The position numbers and the translations under genes were made by a program. The notes under the pieces were generated by a model. The model was not told the origin of the DNA. It saw nothing but the letters and a program-made list of their open reading frames with translations, and searched no databases. A DNA stretch of 64,000 nt from Octopus sinensis (Eukaryota): positions 75,392,001 through 75,456,000 of the forward strand of contig NC_042997.1 in the NCBI RefSeq assembly GCF_006345805.1, written 5' to 3'. Positions 60,040-64,000 of the stretch are shown piece by piece (the stretch's first letter is position 1; each line of letters opens with the position of its first letter).

Positions 60040-63000
60040 TGTTATTGAGTGTGTAGTGATGGGGAGGGATATAAGATAGTACAAGAGAGTGATGAATGGG
60101 GAGAAGGTGAGAGAGAGCATGTGTGTGTGTGTGTATGTTTTTGTATCTGAAAGGATGTTAAAGAAAAAGAAGGAAAAGAAGAAAAGGGACAGAGGGAAAA
60201 AGAAAAAATTGTTTTGCTGGTTTCTTTTTTAGTTGGTCAGGATGTTTACTCCAAGGGGTGTCTAAGATCTTGGGGGGAAAATTTTTACCATTTTATAGTT
60301 ATTGAGTGTGTAGTGGTAGGGAGGGATATAAGATAGTACAAGAGGGTGATGAATGGGGAGAAAATGAGAGAGAGCATGTGTGTTTGTGTTTATCTGCGCG
60401 TGTGTTTGTGTCTTTGTATCTGAAAGGAGTGTTAAGGAAGAATGGTCAAGTTGTTAAGAGTAACCAGCCATTGGCTTTTAGCAATGGTCAAGAGTGCCAC
60501 TTTTGTTTATATTTTTGCAACTGTAAATGATTTTTGGTTTTCAGAAATTGGTCATTTCAAAAAAGAATTGTCTGGATTTCTTTTTATTATTGTTTTGTGA
60601 AGGTGTGTGTGTGTGTGGGTGCCTGTGAATCTGGAAGGGGTGTCGTCGGAGAGGGGAAGAAAAGGAGGAAGAAGAAATAATTGTGTTGATATTTATACCA
60701 CTATTCAGTTCTTTCAATCCAATGTTTGATTCCTGTGCTTACATGGGGTGGAAAATCTGGATTACAAAAACAGGTTTGTTTTATTTACATTTTAAAAGTC
60801 AATTTGCTTTGGTGATTAACAAGAATGTAGAGTAATATACAGTGTAATATACAATGCTACACTATGTTTGTTAAATTATAAATTGAAAGATTTGTCCTTC
60901 AATGTATGATGAGCAAAATTCCATAAGGTCCATACTTGAAAAAGAGACTTTCTTGTGTTGAAGTTACAGATGACAGAATACAAAGTGACAACCACTGAGT
61001 CTGTTGTCTGATCTTCAGTTGATTTAGTCTAATATCTCACTGATTGATAGCTAAATAAATATTAAGTTTTATCATGCAGAAGTAACTGATTCTACAAATT
61101 AAAGTAAAATGGTTTCATTCAAATATTAGAATATCATTTGTTCAATGTTGCATTTTCAAAAACCAAAACATATGTGTAGAACTGTGTGTGTGTGTGTTTA
61201 ATACAATTTACTTTACAAATTTGGTCCTTCATCTGGTACAGCTTATTATAGAGATATTTTCAGCCATTCAATTTGGGGGAGAACTTAGTTATGAAGTATT
61301 TTTCCATACTCCTCCTGAAGGAGGTGTCATTCTTTGGACATTTGTAAAAAGGAAAGATCTTAAATTTTCCTTCTCCACATGTATCTAGGTGTTTACTCAG
61401 TGGTATCTTGCGCAGTTCCTCCTGTCGGACATGTTGGTGAATTCTGGCTTGTTGGCATAAAGAATTTCTAGTTTCACCTATGTAATCCTCCTTGCATGTG
61501 GAGCAGGTTATGCAGTATATTACGTTCTGCGTCTCACAGTTCCTATCTGCATTTATTTTGAATATGTGACCACATTTAAATTTCATTTCTTTGTCTCCCT
61601 CTATATATTTGTAGGTGGGGTTACTGCAGATCCCACATCTACCATCTCCGCACTCTTTTACAAAGAATTCAGTTTTAGTTTCTGATGAGAATTTTGCTTT
61701 TGTTAGTTGTTTCTTGAGGTTTTTGTCTTGTCGTCTACTGTTTTTTATGCAATATTTGTTTAGTATGTTTTCCATTTTGGGGCTTTGTAAGACTATTGGT
61801 AGGTTTGAATGTATGATTTGAAACATGTTGGTAACTCCAGGGTTGTGTGTGTTTATGAAAGGGATAATGTTTTCTTTGTTTTTTGTTTTGGGGGTCCTGA
61901 GTTGTGTGATGTCTAGTTTCATTGCTCTTGAGATTCCATTTTTTATTAATTTGAGTGGGTATTTTTGTTCTAGTAGTTTTTAAGTTCATCTAGTCTTATT
62001 AGGCATGTTTGTGAGTCAGTTACTATGCTGCATATGCATCTTGCCATACTATATGGGCTGTTTCTTTTTATGTGGGATGGATGGCAGGAGTAGAAATTTA
62101 AATATTAGTGTGTATCGGGTTTTTTTGTAGTGGATGTCTGTTGTGATGATGGAGTTGTTTATCTTGATGTTGATGTCTAGGAAGGGAAGTTCGTTGTGGC
62201 TGGTATCTATTGTGAAGTTGATTGATGGGTGCAGTGTGTTGAGGATGTTGTGAAATGTTCGTAGGTCTTCTTCTGATCTGTTCCAAAAGATGAAGCAGTC
62301 ATCGAGGTAGTGTTTCCACTTTTTCTTGATGTCTTCTCTGAAGTCGTGTTCGAAGACTTTCCCTATTTCATCGTATAATTTGTTCTCAAGGAAACCCATC
62401 ATCAAGTTGGCATATGAAGGTGCGAATTTTGTACCCATAATTGTGCCCTTTATCTGTCAGTATGTCTTGTTGAATGAGACTGTATTTTCTTCAAGTATTA
62501 ATTGGGTGGCTTGGGTGATAAAGTCTGTCTTGAAACGTTTTTCTATGAATTCCCTGTATTGTTTTATTGTACCGATTGTTTTATTGCTTCCAGACCTAGG
62601 GTGTGTGGTATGTTCGTGTCTAGGTTTGTGACATCGAAGCTTGCAAGTATGGTGTTTTTCGAAACTGTATTTGGAATGTGTGTGAGGAAGTCTATGTCAT
62701 CCCTTATGTAGATTGGTATCTGTGGGCATAAAGGTTTGAGGAGTACATCTATGAAGTGGCTTAGTTGTGGTGTTGGTGCCTGGGGTCCTACCACTATTGG
62801 TCTCATTGTGAGGTCAGCAGGCCTTTGTATTCTTATATAGTGGTTCCTCTGTTCCTTTATGGCTCTCTGTATTTCAGAGCTTTTATGAGTTTTGTGAATT
62901 TTAGGTAATCCATAAAAGTTGCTATCTTTGGTTCTTGTGTTGCATAGATAGTCTTTCTCCTTATCTGTAAAGGAGTCCTGGTATTCATTGACTAATGTTC

Positions 63001-63700
63001 TAATTTTTTTATTGTTGCTTTCTCCAGTGGTGTTGGTTCCTCTTTATAGTATGTCTGGTTGTTAAGCAACTCCAGTATCTTTTCTTTGTAGTAATCTGTA
63101 TCCATAGTAATCTGTATCTGTGTATTCGTCTAGGTGTTTGTCACTTCCCTTGTAAGGGGTGAAATGGGACTTTTTTCTTATGATTCAGTTATCTTCTGTT
63201 TCATTATTTTCAAAGAATTCCATAAGGTGGAGGTGGCGGCTGAAGTTGTCTATATCAGTTATTAGTTCTATGAGATTTGGTGTGGGTGTAAATTTCAGGT
63301 CTTTTAGTAGTAGGTTCATTTCATTTTCATTAAGTTCTCTTTTAGATAAGTTTATTATTTTGGGGTCTATGTGCTTTGTGTGTTCATTCGGAATTTTTGG
63401 TGTATTGGGTCTGGAGTATGGCTGAAGTATCCTTTCCCTAAAAAAGGGGTTGTGCTGTTGCATCTCCAAATTCCCTTTTCATTTCTTAGGTTTTCTTGTA
63501 GCAGTAGGGGTGGTCTGTATGTGTTGTTTTGTCTTTGGTAGTTGTTTTCTTCCCATCTTCTGTGTTTGTTGAGCCAATTTCTATTACTGCATGTATATAT
63601 ATGTTTATGTACAAAAATCAGTGACAAGCAGTGTCTTCTTGAAAATTTTAGTTATGGCTGTGCTGTTTTAGGTACAACATGTTCTTTGTCTATCTCCTTA
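60040..63700 (-). mobile_element. Penelope/Poseidon-like element (RT + C-terminal GIY-YIG), frameshifted, with duplicated 3' low-complexity block
   Basis: LASFDVTNL (62564-62806), MGTKFAPSYANL..W..YLDDCF (62049-62438), NVIYCITCSTCKEDYIGET (61260-61922); direct repeat 60040-60160 / 60298-60430. Confidence 0.88.
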
Positions 63701-63850
63701 ACTTCTTGGAGATTTTAGTTATAATTATACTAATGTATCCATCTGTTCTAATTTAATTAAATTGATGTAATGATTGCATTTTTCAATTAAATGGAGTTGC
63801 ATGAAACAATCGTACTGCATTACCTCTGGATATCCTTGTTGCTTATTTTG

Positions 63851-63889
<39 letters not shown>

Positions 63890-63895
<6 letters not shown>

Positions 63896-64000
63896 TGTCA
63901 ATAATAAAAGGGTAAAACTAATTAATTATTAATTAATTTTACCAAGTAGTGTTCAGTATGTAAAACGACCATTTACGGTATATTTGAAACATTACATTAT
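63890..64000 (-). repeat. Dispersed repeat related to 7081-7170
   Basis: taattaattattaattaattttaccaagt..gttcagtatg..gaccatt..attacattat is the reverse-complement relative of 7081-7170; truncated by the window end. Confidence 0.7.

Noticed and set aside
60540-60600. tttcAG acceptor-like site as a possible exon
   Set aside because: In-frame stop in the required phase and no LRR similarity.

Overview
AT-rich animal genomic DNA, most likely an octopus or related coleoid (inferred from the tRNA-SINE, RTE-LINE and (TA)n repeat landscape; not verified by search). The only host gene I can support is a + strand CARMIL/LRRC16 family gene. Five internal LRR-coding exons (3532-3626, 15696-15886, 19328-19405, 29365-29552, 46424-46575; 704 nt) have canonical AG/GT sites and compatible phases, and are separated by 3.4 to >17 kb introns. 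The introns are packed with decayed mobile elements: many RTE LINEs, CR1-clade LINEs, an RLE-type LINE, two Ty3/Gypsy proviruses plus a fragment, Tc1/mariner, piggyBac, Helitron pieces, tRNA-derived SINEs and several Penelope-like elements (PLEs). The most unusual signal is a recurring architecture of fold-back (inverted-repeat) elements, usually bordered by (TA)n, several of which carry type I hammerhead-ribozyme (HHR) motifs. These include two copies with an intact core (8466-8511, 8785-8830), one with an apparent compensatory G3:C8 swap of the catalytic C3:G8 pair (21788-21838), and U4C and A6U variants. Also notable are near-perfect long palindromes (148-bp and 280-bp arms) and an exact 52-bp inverted templated insertion inside the Gypsy RNase H. 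All ribozyme calls come from manual pairing and are untested.
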